A stretch of 64,000 nucleotides of DNA from an uncultured Planctomycetia bacterium (GCA_964406665.1 CAYOSQ010000001.1:135412-199411); one strand, 5' to 3'; counted from the stretch's first letter, positions 52,947-63,492 are shown. The notes: generated from the letters alone by a model not told the origin. Numbers and translations: made by a program.

Positions 52947-53986
52947 TGAGAAAAATCAGTTATTGTGAAGCCCTAAGAGAAGCTACTTTTTTAGAGATGG
53001 AAAGGGACCCCAAAATTTTTGTATATGGGATAGGCGTGCCGGATCATAAAGGAGTGTTCGGATCTACTTTTGGTTTACGGGAGAAATTTGGAAAGAGTAG
53101 ATGTTTTGATACTCCGCTTTCTGAAGATTCTATGACAGGTTTTGGTTTGGGTGCTGCAATAAATGGGATGCGGCCGATCCATATTCATATCCGCGTAGAT
53201 TTTTTGCTTTTGGCAATGAATCAAATCGCTAACATGGTGTCATGTTATAGGTATAGTTCAGGTGGCACTTTAAAAGTTCCTATGGTTATAAGAGCTGTAG
53301 TCGGCAGGGGTTGGGGTCAAGGTTGTCAACACAGTAAAAGTATGCACTCAGTCTTCGCTCACATACCAGGATTAAAAGTTATAATGCCCACTACTCCTTA
53401 TGACGCTAAGGGGATGCTTATCTCAGCTATAAGAGACAACAATCCGGTAATCTGCATAGAACATAGATGGCTTTACTGGCAGGAAGATGAAGTTCCTAAG
53501 AAATATTTTACTATACCCATAGGAGAATCAAATGTTTTGCGTAAAGGTAAAGACATAACGGTTGTAGGTACTTCTTGGATGAACGTTGAAGCGCTTCATG
53601 CAGCAAAGATTTTAAAGAAAAGAGGAGTAAGTGTTGAGATAGTTGATGCGAGAACTATTGCACCGCTTAATGACGAAATTATTGTTAGATCAGTGAAAAA
53701 GACCGGCCGTTGCATAGTGGCAGATAATGATTGGCTCAATTGTGGTTTTAGCGCAGAAGTAGCAGCTAGGGTATCGGATAAATGTTTTGGAAAATTGAAA
53801 CATCCTGTTGTAAGAATTGGTTTTGCACAAACACCCTGTCCTACAGCAAGGCATTTAGAGAATGAGTTTTATCCTAATGCAATTAATATTATAAAAGCGA
53901 TTGAAAAGATATTAAAATTAACACCTACTGATTTATCTAAAGAAGAATTCTATAGTCACGAGAAAAAGTTTAAGGGCCCGTTTTAA
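52946..53986 (+). CDS. ThDP-dependent dehydrogenase E1 component, beta subunit (transketolase-like Pyr and C-terminal domains)
   Basis: Transketolase pyrimidine-binding domain blocks (FDTPLSEDSMTGFGLGAAINGMRP). The ATG at 52946 overlaps the alpha-subunit stop (TAATG). Confidence 0.75.
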   Translation: MRKISYCEALREATFLEMERDPKIFVYGIGVPDHKGVFGSTFGLREKFGKSRCFDTPLSEDSMTGFGLGAAINGMRPIHIHIRVDFLLLAMNQIANMVSCYRYSSGGTLKVPMVIRAVVGRGWGQGCQHSKSMHSVFAHIPGLKVIMPTTPYDAKGMLISAIRDNNPVICIEHRWLYWQEDEVPKKYFTIPIGESNVLRKGKDITVVGTSWMNVEALHAAKILKKRGVSVEIVDARTIAPLNDEIIVRSVKKTGRCIVADNDWLNCGFSAEVAARVSDKCFGKLKHPVVRIGFAQTPCPTARHLENEFYPNAINIIKAIEKILKLTPTDLSKEEFYSHEKKFKGPF

Positions 53987-53988
53987 TA

Positions 53989-54708
53989 ATGTGTTGGTTG
54001 GATAAAACATCAATTGAAACAATTTTGCAATTAAGGGATAAATTTCAGATTTCAACTTTTGTTGAAACAGGGGCTTTTAAAGGAGTAAATGCTAAATTTC
54101 ATGCTCAGAATTTTAAAGAAGTGTTAACCTGTGATATTTCAGATGAATATATTGAGGCAGCTGAAAAAAGAACAGAAGATTGCAAAAATGTAAAAATATC
54201 TAAACAATCTAGCCCTGATTTTCTACGTTCATTCATTGAAAGATATAACAAGGAGAATAGAAAAGATATTGTATTTATTTATCTCGACGCTCATTTTTAT
54301 GACCCCGTACTTCCACCTGAAGAGAAATGGGTTGTTGTAAATGAATTAAAAGCTCTTATTGATTTTAAGAATTGTATAATCTGTGTTCATGATTTTGATT
54401 GTGAAGGATTAGGTCATTGTTGTTATAATGGTCAGCCATTAGGATGGCCGTTAATTAAAGAGCATATAATAAAAGTAAATCCCAGCTTTTACTTTTATAC
54501 AAATACAAGAGAGTTTTGTAACATTTATAATGAAAAAACAATCTCAGATGTTCTCGGAATTACGCTAGATGAGGAAACTCTAAGTAATATCCGATATGCA
54601 CATAGTAATGATGAGAAAACTTATCGCGGAATTTTATATTGTACACCGCAGGAGTTAGATTTAGAGAAATTTAAACTAAAAAAACTCGAGGTTAAAAATG
54701 GAACTTAA
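53989..54708 (+). CDS. Hypothetical protein, possibly class I SAM-dependent methyltransferase (TylF/FkbM-like)
   Basis: Weak motif-I-like VETGAFKGVNA only. It lies inside a sugar-modification cluster. Confidence 0.3.
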   Translation: MCWLDKTSIETILQLRDKFQISTFVETGAFKGVNAKFHAQNFKEVLTCDISDEYIEAAEKRTEDCKNVKISKQSSPDFLRSFIERYNKENRKDIVFIYLDAHFYDPVLPPEEKWVVVNELKALIDFKNCIICVHDFDCEGLGHCCYNGQPLGWPLIKEHIIKVNPSFYFYTNTREFCNIYNEKTISDVLGITLDEETLSNIRYAHSNDEKTYRGILYCTPQELDLEKFKLKKLEVKNGT

Positions 54709-55477
54709 TTTAAAGGGAAAGCATGTTTTAGTAACAGGTGCAAGCCATGGGATTGGAAGAAGTATAGCGATTGCCTTAGCTAGAGAAGGTTGCAATTTAG
54801 CAATCTGTGCACGGAAAAAAGAAGGACTAGATGATACAGCTAAAGAGATAAAATCAGAAGGCGTAGATTGTTTAAATCTTTCTGCGGATGTGTTGATAAA
54901 AAAAGATATTGATAAGGTTATTAAGACAGTAATGAGTTCCTGGGGGCAAGTTAATATTTTAGTAAATAATGTTGGTGGCGGAGGCCGCTGGGGAAAAGAA
55001 ATTTCAGAGGATACAGAAGATAAAGTTTGGGAAGATGTCTACAATAAGAATGCCATGGCAGCGGTTCGTTTTACAAAGGCAGTTTTGCCTTGTATGTTGA
55101 AAGAAAAATGGGGCAGGATAATAACCGTAAGTTCCATTTATGGAAAAGAAGCAGGTGGCAGGCCGTGGTTTAATATGGCTAAGGCAGCAGAGATAAGCTT
55201 GATGAAAACTCTTTCTTTGGATAGAAGATATGCGAGCAAGAACATTACTTTTAATAGTGTGGCTCCCGGTGCGGTTATGATTCCTGATACTGGCTGGGAT
55301 AAAATGCTGAAAGAAAAACCTGAAGAATTTAATGATTTTGTTAAGCAACTTCCTTTGGGGCGCATAGGCACACCTGAGGAAATAGCGAACTTGGTAGTAT
55401 TTTTGTGTTCAGAAAAATCAAGCCTAATAAACGGTGCTTGTATTGCGATCGACGGTGGAGAAAGCAAGAGTTTCTAG
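54698..55477 (+). CDS. Short-chain dehydrogenase/reductase (SDR)
   Basis: TGASHGIGRSIA cofactor motif, NNVG, and S...YxxxK (SSIYGKEAGGRPWFNMAKAA). Confidence 0.8.
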   Translation: MELNLKGKHVLVTGASHGIGRSIAIALAREGCNLAICARKKEGLDDTAKEIKSEGVDCLNLSADVLIKKDIDKVIKTVMSSWGQVNILVNNVGGGGRWGKEISEDTEDKVWEDVYNKNAMAAVRFTKAVLPCMLKEKWGRIITVSSIYGKEAGGRPWFNMAKAAEISLMKTLSLDRRYASKNITFNSVAPGAVMIPDTGWDKMLKEKPEEFNDFVKQLPLGRIGTPEEIANLVVFLCSEKSSLINGACIAIDGGESKSF

Positions 55478-55482
55478 AAGAT

Positions 55483-56481
55483 ATGATAAAACAAGAGATT
55501 TTAAAGAAGTTTAAGAAAAAAAATGTATTGGTTACGGGTGGCACTGGTTTAATAGGAAGACAGGTAGTGGATATTTTGTATAATGCCGGTGCTTTTGCAA
55601 AAATAGTTTCTCTAGATGAAATAAAAGTTAATGATAAAGTTGAGCATGTGGTAGGTGATCTATCCAGCTTTGAGTTTTGCAAAGAAATTACAAAAGGCAT
55701 GGATTATGTTTTTCATGTTGCAGGAGTAAAAGGCTCAATCGTAGTTACCAAAGAAAAACCTGCAAGCTTCTTTGTGCCGCTTTTAATGATGAATACAAAT
55801 ATACTCGAGGCCTGTAGGCTTAATAATATTTCTAAAATGGTGTATACCAGTTCTATAGGCGCTTATGCTAGTGCTGAAGTTTTTAAGGAAGATGAAAATC
55901 TAGATGGCCCACCTATGGATATGTTTCCTGGTTGGGCAAAGAGAATGGCAGAGCTACAGATTAAGTCTTATAAAATTCAGCATAGTCTTGATAATTTTGC
56001 TGTGGTAAGGCCCTGTAATGTCTATGGACCGGGAGATAATTTTGACCCTAATAATGCGATGGTTATTCCTTCCCTTATGTATCGAATATATAAAAAAGAA
56101 AATCCTGTGGTTGTCTGGGGAGACGGGTCTGCTATTCGAGACTTTGCTTATAGCAGAGATGTCGCAGAAGGGGTAATATTAGCTTTGTATCATGGGACGC
56201 GTTCTGATTTTGTTAATTTAGGAAGTGGTAGGGGTTATTCTATAAAAGAATTAGTTGAAACATTAAATAGCTTTCTTGATTTTCATTATAAGTTTGATAC
56301 AACAAAATCTTCAGGGTTTCCTAAAAGGGTGATGGATATTTCACTGGCTAAAGAAATTATTGATTACAACCCAAGTATTTCGCTTCTAGATGGGCTTAAG
56401 CAAACCTGGGAGTGGTTTATTAATAACGAAAAAGAATATTTAAAGCGGAAGAATTATTTCAAAGAAAATGATACCTCTTAA
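55483..56481 (+). CDS. NAD-dependent epimerase/dehydratase
   Basis: VLVTGGTGLIGRQVV Rossmann motif. The ATG at 55483 follows the SDR stop; the track's longer 55405 start overlaps the SDR gene. Confidence 0.7.
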   Translation: MIKQEILKKFKKKNVLVTGGTGLIGRQVVDILYNAGAFAKIVSLDEIKVNDKVEHVVGDLSSFEFCKEITKGMDYVFHVAGVKGSIVVTKEKPASFFVPLLMMNTNILEACRLNNISKMVYTSSIGAYASAEVFKEDENLDGPPMDMFPGWAKRMAELQIKSYKIQHSLDNFAVVRPCNVYGPGDNFDPNNAMVIPSLMYRIYKKENPVVVWGDGSAIRDFAYSRDVAEGVILALYHGTRSDFVNLGSGRGYSIKELVETLNSFLDFHYKFDTTKSSGFPKRVMDISLAKEIIDYNPSISLLDGLKQTWEWFINNEKEYLKRKNYFKENDTS

Positions 56482-56499
56482 AATCTCATTTATAAATTC

Positions 56500-57888
56500 A
56501 TGCCTAAACGTTTCATTTTTACATTAATTTTAATTTTTATTATTTGTGTAGTGCTCGAGGGTGCTTCTAGGTTTGTCGCACGAACGCGCCTTGTGCAACG
56601 TGTGCCTTCGTATCATTCAACTATGATGAACGATCCTATCTTGCATCATAAGTGGGTGCCTTCTTTAAAAAGAACAGATAGTAGCCGTTCAACTCCGTAC
56701 ACTTTAATTACCAATAAACAATCTTGGGTAGAAAAACATGATGTTTCAAAAATTAAACCGAGTAATACATTTCGCATTTTTTATGTTGGAGATTCAACAA
56801 CTCAAGGTGTTGTAGATGCTAAATACAAAATGGTTGAGATTGTTGAGCGGGAACTAAATAGAATTTACGAAGATCAAGATATTAATTTCGAAGTAATTAA
56901 TACTGGATCATCAAGTTATTCTTTTCTGCTTTATTATTTGTTGATAAAAACGCAACTACTGAATTATGATCCAGATTTAATTATGGTAAATATTGATATG
57001 ACAGATGTGGCTAATGATGCTGCTTATAGAAGGCTTATGGTCATGGATAGTTCCGGAGAGGTTGTTGCAATTCCTGCAGAGACTTCACAGAGATATATAT
57101 TGACACCGCAAGGGTATTCTAAGGTTGATTTGCATTTTACTCTGCCGCGAGCACTAGTTAGACATTCAGACTTTTTTTATCTTATTGATCTTTGTATCAG
57201 AAAAATATCTCTTAAGAGAACTAAGCTAGTAGAGCACAAGGAAGCGAATTGGCTTGAGACAACATGGTCGTCGACAATTACCGAGAATGTTACTGAGTCC
57301 ATAAAGGTTTTAGCCTCGACGGTTAAGTTGTTACATTCTTACGATGTGACTATGGCTTTTACCGGAGTTCCGCATTTCCCTCAATATATAGGAATGTGGT
57401 CTGTTAAGCCTCATAATGTTTTAGCAGAATTTTCTCAAAATACAAAAGTTGCTTATCTTAATTCTTATCAGGTGTTAAGGGATGAGATATTCGGTTCAAA
57501 ACTCTCTGATTACTACTGGGATTCTGATGGTACGCACTTTAATCGGGATGGCAACAGGATTTGGGCCAAGGCTCAATTAGATTTTTTACTTAATACAAAT
57601 AATCATTTGATTCCTTTTACTGTTTACAAAAAATCTGAAGTCATAGAAAATTTAAAGAGTTCTAGTAAGTTTTGGAAGCAGATTTCAAATCGACAGACAA
57701 AAAAACACGCGATTGTTTATTTTATTAACAAATACAAACAACAGGGCGTAATTATAAAAAAGTCTGCCAGCCGGTATGTTTTTTTGCTTGATAGTTTATC
57801 TTTGCAAAAACCAGAGCTACTATTAACCCCTTTTGATAAGTTATTGAGTGCACTTGCGCGTGCAGAGGACGATTTTAATAAGAACTGA
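56500..57888 (+). CDS. SGNH/GDSL-family hydrolase with N-terminal membrane anchor (putative glycan O-acyl esterase or transferase)
   Basis: N-terminal TM helix, then FYVGDSTTQG (GDS block I) and a distal DGTHFN (DxxH block V). Confidence 0.5.
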   Translation: MPKRFIFTLILIFIICVVLEGASRFVARTRLVQRVPSYHSTMMNDPILHHKWVPSLKRTDSSRSTPYTLITNKQSWVEKHDVSKIKPSNTFRIFYVGDSTTQGVVDAKYKMVEIVERELNRIYEDQDINFEVINTGSSSYSFLLYYLLIKTQLLNYDPDLIMVNIDMTDVANDAAYRRLMVMDSSGEVVAIPAETSQRYILTPQGYSKVDLHFTLPRALVRHSDFFYLIDLCIRKISLKRTKLVEHKEANWLETTWSSTITENVTESIKVLASTVKLLHSYDVTMAFTGVPHFPQYIGMWSVKPHNVLAEFSQNTKVAYLNSYQVLRDEIFGSKLSDYYWDSDGTHFNRDGNRIWAKAQLDFLLNTNNHLIPFTVYKKSEVIENLKSSSKFWKQISNRQTKKHAIVYFINKYKQQGVIIKKSASRYVFLLDSLSLQKPELLLTPFDKLLSALARAEDDFNKN

Positions 57889-57910
57889 AATAACTTATAT
57901 TTTTTTGTTA

Positions 57911-57947
57911 AATAGCTCCTAAGATATTTAGGGGCTATTTCTTTTTG
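57911..57947. terminator. Candidate bidirectional terminator between convergent genes
   Basis: AAATAGCTCC-N10-GGGGCTATTT imperfect hairpin followed by CTTTTTG, with a T-run on the opposite strand too. It overlaps the 3' end of the minus-strand ORF. Confidence 0.3.
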
Positions 57948-59824
57948 AATATTCCTATTATGGGAGGAAGGTTTTCTAGCGGACCAATTGTTTTTATAGG
58001 GTAATAATTTTGTAAGATCCAGGCAAAGACTTTTCTTTTTACAATAGAAGGCTTTTTAATAATAACAACAAAGTAATCTATTTTAGAATCAGCTAAGTGA
58101 GAAATTATGGTATCTTCGCTATAAGCAGCATCGTCGAGAATATAATATCTGGTAGGATTTTTTCTTGATGAGAAAAAGTTTATACTAAGAGCATCAGGAT
58201 ACGTAACAACCGTATCATTTTCTGAGGTATTTTTCTTTAAGTAATCTATGGTAGATAAAAATTTTAACCTGTCGGGGATATCGTTATAAAAAAATGTTCC
58301 ATAATCTGTTTTTATCGGTGCGGTTCTCATTGAGTATGCTTCTTTAGAGAATTGCCAAAGGTAGCCAACCGGCAGGAGAAAAAGGCAGATTAAAATTGAC
58401 GAAAAAAGCAGTTTTGAAATATTTCTTAAATATTTTTTAAAAAACGCAGATACGAATTTAAAAAAGAAAACATAATAAGATATGATAGCCAATACGTAAA
58501 GATAAAAACCTGCTCCGTGAGGATGTGCATGCAGTGGTGTTCTTAGGGTAGGCAAAAATGCTACTAAAAAAAGCGTTAGTAAAACTATGTTATTTTTATC
58601 CTTGGAAATTATTGATTTTACAAAAAGTATTGGAATTGTAACAAGAAATATTAGATTCAGACACATAAATTGAGGATATGTCCTTATTTTCTGGAATGTC
58701 TCTGAAGCAGTTAAGGGAAATCGCGTTTTCAAAAAATAATATAAAGAAACAAACAATGCTGCGATTAAAATACTACCTGCGAAAAGCATAAATATAGAAA
58801 TAAGTCTTTTCTTTTTTCCCGCAAAAAAGCAAGAAATGCCCTGGCAACCAATTGCTGCCAGAGAAATAATAGTTATGTGAGCAAAAAAGGAAAAAAATAT
58901 TATTGAACCTTTTTCTTTAAGAATAGTTACGAGATTTTCAAAAAATAATTTTGTACTTGAACCACTGTTTTGTACCAGTCCGCTATCGGCTGATAGGGCT
59001 GAGCTTCCGCCTAAGATGTAAATGGTGCTCATCAGAAGAGATTCTTTGATTCCAGCAAAAGCATCAAAAAATATCGCAAATAAAGCGTACGTACCTATTC
59101 CTAAGATAAGTGGAGCGGAGAAATAGTACCAACAATTTTTATAGGACTTATTTTTTAATAAGTGTATTATTCCGGCTATCAGGAAACCTAGCCAGACTAA
59201 AAGTGCAAGTGTAGGTCTAGATAGAAAGGCAAACGAGAGAAATAAACTCCAGAGGATTAGGTTTTTCTTTTTATCAGAGAAAATAAATTTCAGAAAAAAG
59301 TAAAGGGCACAAGAAGTAAATAGAACAAAAAAAGTGGAAGAGAAGCTGTAGGGGAGAATAAAATTAAAAATACCGCTAGAGGGCATATAGAAACCAAATG
59401 CAAACAAATAGAGAAATGTTATTGCTACTAGGGCGGCCGAAGGTCGGCCTAAAAACAGTCGAGAAATTTTATAAAGAACAAAAGATAGTGTTGTGGTTAT
59501 GGCGATACCTAGCCACACAAGGGTAAGTATTTTAACGCCGAAAAATTTGTACAACAGTGCAATAAAGTAAGGAGAAAGCAATCCATGAGGATGAAAAAGA
59601 TCTTTGTAGAGAATCCTGCCGTCAAGAATCTGTTGGGGGAATGATAGTTCATGAGGCGTGTCGTTAAAAAGATGCCCCCATTTTAACCAGCTTACAGAGA
59701 GAAGATAGATAAAAGAGCTTAATAAGATAATAATTATGATAATGGAAGATAGGTAGGGTTTTAATTTTTTAAGAAAGCTATGCAAGTTTTTTGTTTGGTT
59801 AAACATTTTTGAATTTATGCCCAC
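57935..59824 (-). CDS. Polytopic membrane protein, putative GT-C-fold glycosyltransferase (ArnT/PMT-like)
   Basis: 629 aa with at least 12 hydrophobic helices in the N-terminal two thirds and a soluble C-terminal domain. Assignment rests on topology and cluster context. Confidence 0.4.
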   Translation of the reverse strand: MGINSKMFNQTKNLHSFLKKLKPYLSSIIIIIILLSSFIYLLSVSWLKWGHLFNDTPHELSFPQQILDGRILYKDLFHPHGLLSPYFIALLYKFFGVKILTLVWLGIAITTTLSFVLYKISRLFLGRPSAALVAITFLYLFAFGFYMPSSGIFNFILPYSFSSTFFVLFTSCALYFFLKFIFSDKKKNLILWSLFLSFAFLSRPTLALLVWLGFLIAGIIHLLKNKSYKNCWYYFSAPLILGIGTYALFAIFFDAFAGIKESLLMSTIYILGGSSALSADSGLVQNSGSSTKLFFENLVTILKEKGSIIFFSFFAHITIISLAAIGCQGISCFFAGKKKRLISIFMLFAGSILIAALFVSLYYFLKTRFPLTASETFQKIRTYPQFMCLNLIFLVTIPILFVKSIISKDKNNIVLLTLFLVAFLPTLRTPLHAHPHGAGFYLYVLAIISYYVFFFKFVSAFFKKYLRNISKLLFSSILICLFLLPVGYLWQFSKEAYSMRTAPIKTDYGTFFYNDIPDRLKFLSTIDYLKKNTSENDTVVTYPDALSINFFSSRKNPTRYYILDDAAYSEDTIISHLADSKIDYFVVIIKKPSIVKRKVFAWILQNYYPIKTIGPLENLPPIIGIFKKK

Positions 59825-61347
59825 AAATTTCTATCTAGGTTTCTGTATTGTATGGCTTCAGAGATATGTTCGGGCAGGATATTTTTTTCACCGGATAAAT
59901 CAGCAATAGTGCGTGAGACTTTTAGAATTTTATCATGTGCTCGAGCGGAAAATCCAAGTTCATCCATTGCCATTTTAAGAAGTTTTTTGGATTCGTCATC
60001 GAGCGAACAATCTTGTTGTATTTGCTTATGGTTCATATGTGCGTTACAAAATATCTTCTTCGTCTTAAACCGTTTTAGTTGAATATCGCGGGCATTTTGG
60101 ATTCTTTGTTTAATATTCTGTGATGATTCAGCAATAGAACCGGAAGTTATATCGCTGTATTCTAAGGAAGGAACTTCGAGGTGGATGTCAATTCTATCTA
60201 AAAGCGGTCCAGAAATCTTAGATAAGTATTTCTGGATTTTTGTAGGTGTACAGCGACAGTTTTTCTTTGGATCTGTATAATATCCGCACGGGCAGGGGTT
60301 CATTGTGCAGACTAACATAAACTTGCTGGGGAATTTAAGCGCCTTGGTTGCTCGAGAAATAGCAACGATACCATCTTCTAAAGGTTGACGCAATGATTCA
60401 AGCACATCGCGATTAAATTCAGGTAGTTCATCCAAGAAAAGAATCCCATTATGTGCTAAGCTTATTTCACCCGGCTTTGGTATTGAGCCGCCACCGACCA
60501 AGGCTATATCAGAACAGGTGTGGTGAGGGTTGCGGAATGGTCGCTGCGTTACTATCCCGCCTTTATTAGGAATATTCCCTATAATAGAATGTATTTTAGT
60601 TGTTTCCAGGGCTTCTTGTAGAGTTAGGTCTGGGAAAATAGTAGGAATGCGCTTTGCTAGCATGGTTTTTCCGCTTCCTGGGGGGCCGATTAAAATTATG
60701 TTATGACCACCTGCAACCGCAACTTCAATGCCGCGTTTGACATGGCTTTGTCCTTTTACATCGGAGAAATCTATATTGTAGTGATTTAGCTGTTTAAGTA
60801 TATCTTTAGATTCTTTCTTATATACAGGTATGGCTTTTGAATCTGACAAAAAATTTACTGCTTGTGCAAGCGTTTTTATTGGATACACATTAATTGAATC
60901 AACAATTGCTGCTTCTTTAGCGTTATCTTGTGGAACAATAATGTTTGAGAATCCTTTTTCTTTTAGGCCGATGGCAATGGGTAGCACTCCTTTAACTGGA
61001 CGAACAGTTCCATCTAAGGCCAATTCTCCCAAAATAATAAAATTCTTCAGTTTTTCTTTATTAGTTTGGTTAGCGGCAGCTAATATGCTCAACGCGATCG
61101 GTAAATCAAATAGAGAACCTTCTTTTTTCAAGTCAGCTGGAGCAAGATTTATGATTATTTTGTCTATGGGGTATTTGAATCCGCTGTTTTTAATCGCAGA
61201 GCGGGTTCTCTCGCGACTTTCTTTGACAGCGTTATCCGGAAGGCCGACAATAGAAACACTAGGTAGGCCCCGGTTTATATCAGTTTCGATTTCTACAAGA
61301 TAGCTATCTAATCCTAGAAGCCCGAAGCTGTACGTTTTTGATAGCAT
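59815..61347 (-). CDS. YifB/ComM-family Mg-chelatase-like AAA+ ATPase
   Basis: N-terminal Lon-like domain, Walker A ILIGPPGSGKTMLAKR, and the Cys motif CPCGYYTDPKKNCRCT typical of ComM/YifB. Confidence 0.85.
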   Translation of the reverse strand: MLSKTYSFGLLGLDSYLVEIETDINRGLPSVSIVGLPDNAVKESRERTRSAIKNSGFKYPIDKIIINLAPADLKKEGSLFDLPIALSILAAANQTNKEKLKNFIILGELALDGTVRPVKGVLPIAIGLKEKGFSNIIVPQDNAKEAAIVDSINVYPIKTLAQAVNFLSDSKAIPVYKKESKDILKQLNHYNIDFSDVKGQSHVKRGIEVAVAGGHNIILIGPPGSGKTMLAKRIPTIFPDLTLQEALETTKIHSIIGNIPNKGGIVTQRPFRNPHHTCSDIALVGGGSIPKPGEISLAHNGILFLDELPEFNRDVLESLRQPLEDGIVAISRATKALKFPSKFMLVCTMNPCPCGYYTDPKKNCRCTPTKIQKYLSKISGPLLDRIDIHLEVPSLEYSDITSGSIAESSQNIKQRIQNARDIQLKRFKTKKIFCNAHMNHKQIQQDCSLDDESKKLLKMAMDELGFSARAHDKILKVSRTIADLSGEKNILPEHISEAIQYRNLDRNLWA

Positions 61348-61521
61348 AATGGCGTATGTTTTTGTTAAATTTAAAGTTTTGCGCCTGAGAAAATAGTTTT
61401 TTCTTTAATCGGAACAATTTTTTATCAATAAAAAAGCACTTGCTTTTTTATTGCGGTATATTATAATGAAACTAACATATTTTGCCGCTGGGGTCAAGTC
61501 TTAACAAACCTATAAAGTAAT

Positions 61522-62151
61522 ATGAAAAAGAAGGTAAAAAGGCTTTTAATAACATTATTTGTGCTTACGATTGTCGTATTGGCAAGCATATCGTTTGTCA
61601 GATACTTCTATCTTTTGAGTCAAAATTATAACTTGAACACTAAATTGCTTGATGTTGAGAAGAGAATCAAAGATTTAAATAAAGTAAAGCAAGAATTGCA
61701 GCTATCTCTTGAAAAAGAGAATAAGGAATATAAAGAAGTTTTAAATGACAAGGAGTCTCTTAAGGGACAGCTTGAAGAGTTGCAAGGAAAGCTTTTAGAA
61801 AGAGAGCTGGATTTAGAAGATACTCGCATTAAACTTTCTAAGGTACGGGGAGAAATAGAAGGTTTGAATAAAGACCAAGTTGTTTTGAGGGATCAAATCG
61901 GAGATTTGGAGATACAAATAGAACAGCTAACTAATGAGAGAGATGTTTTTGAAGCAAAGTTTAACTCACTTCCCGAATTAAAGAAGGCGATTAAGCTTTT
62001 GAGGAGTAAATTTTATGTAAAGCGTATTGAGATGCAGGAAGCTTTAGATGCTAAAGAATTAAAAGATGGCAATCAAGGTTTTCTCATTTGGCAAGGTAAG
62101 TCTACAATTAAAGAGAAAGTAAAAATAGAAGTACTCCCTTTTGAGCCATGA
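61522..62151 (+). CDS. Membrane-anchored coiled-coil protein
   Basis: N-terminal TM helix (LLITLFVLTIVVLASISFV), then about 130 aa of Leu/Glu/Lys heptad repeats. Confidence 0.4.
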   Translation: MKKKVKRLLITLFVLTIVVLASISFVRYFYLLSQNYNLNTKLLDVEKRIKDLNKVKQELQLSLEKENKEYKEVLNDKESLKGQLEELQGKLLERELDLEDTRIKLSKVRGEIEGLNKDQVVLRDQIGDLEIQIEQLTNERDVFEAKFNSLPELKKAIKLLRSKFYVKRIEMQEALDAKELKDGNQGFLIWQGKSTIKEKVKIEVLPFEP

Positions 62152-62603
62152 TACCGTTTTTTTCCCTCCTTCTGGAAAACAGAATTCTCTGGATAACCCT
62201 ATTAGCTTGGACAGTTGCTCAGCTTATAAAGGTTATTATTGGTGTTATTATAGAGAAGAGATTCAATTTCCGCTGGTTTGTTGGTACTGGTGGCATGCCT
62301 TCTAGCCATGCCTCAGGAGCTACTGCCCTGGCGGTAAACTGCGGCTTGTATATTGGGTTTGACTCTCCTATATTTGCGTTCGCTGCAGTGTTTGCCATGG
62401 TTACTATGTTTGATGCTCAGGGAGTGCGGCAGTCTACTGGAATACAGGCAAGGATCTTAAATAGAATTCTTGAGGACATATACTGGAAAGGAAAGATCGA
62501 AGAAAATAGACTTAAAGAATTGGTTGGTCATACTCCTTTTCAGGTAATCGTCGGGTCGATTCTGGGATTTTTCATTGCAGTAACCTTTTATATTTTCTAT
62601 TAA
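62148..62603 (+). CDS. Divergent PAP2-family membrane protein (DUF212 / COG1963, acid phosphatase / vanadium haloperoxidase-related)
   Basis: GGMPSSHASGATALA matches the DUF212 MPSSHSA motif. 4 TM helices, 151 aa. Confidence 0.6.
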   Translation: MIPFFSLLLENRILWITLLAWTVAQLIKVIIGVIIEKRFNFRWFVGTGGMPSSHASGATALAVNCGLYIGFDSPIFAFAAVFAMVTMFDAQGVRQSTGIQARILNRILEDIYWKGKIEENRLKELVGHTPFQVIVGSILGFFIAVTFYIFY

Positions 62604-62613
62604 GGAGTAATTA

Positions 62614-63435
62614 ATGCGTTCTAGAATAATACTTTTAGTCGGGGTTGCAGTAGTTATATTAGGAATTTTTTCTTTGGTTAATTCTTGCAGTAGAAGAAAA
62701 CTTTCAGAATCTTCAGGTGTAGATGTGGCAAAGAGTGCGCAAGAATTGCATGTTTTAGCCAAAGCTTTGTTGGAAGATGGAGATATTGTTGAAGCTAAAA
62801 ATTTATATAAACAGATAGTTTTCGATTTTCCAAATTTCAAACATATAGATGAAGTTAGGCAGAAGTTGGAAATATTAAATATGAAAATAATATTTTCAAT
62901 TGTTTCTGCTGGGGAATTGACGGTTATGCACGAGGTTCAATCAGGCGACACTCTTTCTAAGATTGCAAAGAAATATTCAACTACAGTTGAACTAATTAAA
63001 AGATCCAATGGGCTTAAAACTGATGTGATACAGGCCGGAAGAAAATTAAGAATTTGGACAGGGGTTTTTTCTATGGCGGTAGATAAATCACAAAATAAGC
63101 TTACTTTGAAATCTAACGATGAAATAATTAAAGTATATGATGTGGCAACCGGTGCGGAAAATTGTACGCCGGTGGGAACATTTACAATTAAAAGCAGGAT
63201 ACCCAATCCTGTGTGGTATAAAGACGGTGAAGCTATCCCTCCAGAAAGTCCGGAGAATATTCTGGGCACTCGATGGTTAGGTTTTGATTTGGCAAGTTAT
63301 GGTATTCACGGTACCACGCAGCCCGAGAGCATAGGACAACAAACAACTCAAGGTTGTGTAAGAATGCTCAACAAAGACGTCGAGGAATTGTACTCAATAG
63401 TTCCTTTAGAAACCGAAGTTGTTATTGTTGATTGA
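62614..63435 (+). CDS. LysM-domain L,D-transpeptidase (YkuD family)
   Basis: LysM (HEVQSGDTLSKIAKKYSTTVELIKRSNGL). C-terminal YkuD catalytic motif GIHGT...GCVRM. Signal/TM N-terminus. Confidence 0.8.
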   Translation: MRSRIILLVGVAVVILGIFSLVNSCSRRKLSESSGVDVAKSAQELHVLAKALLEDGDIVEAKNLYKQIVFDFPNFKHIDEVRQKLEILNMKIIFSIVSAGELTVMHEVQSGDTLSKIAKKYSTTVELIKRSNGLKTDVIQAGRKLRIWTGVFSMAVDKSQNKLTLKSNDEIIKVYDVATGAENCTPVGTFTIKSRIPNPVWYKDGEAIPPESPENILGTRWLGFDLASYGIHGTTQPESIGQQTTQGCVRMLNKDVEELYSIVPLETEVVIVD

Positions 63436-63492
63436 GGTTAAACAGGGCTGATAAAACCTGATCATAATTTTCAGAAAAATATAGGAAAATCC

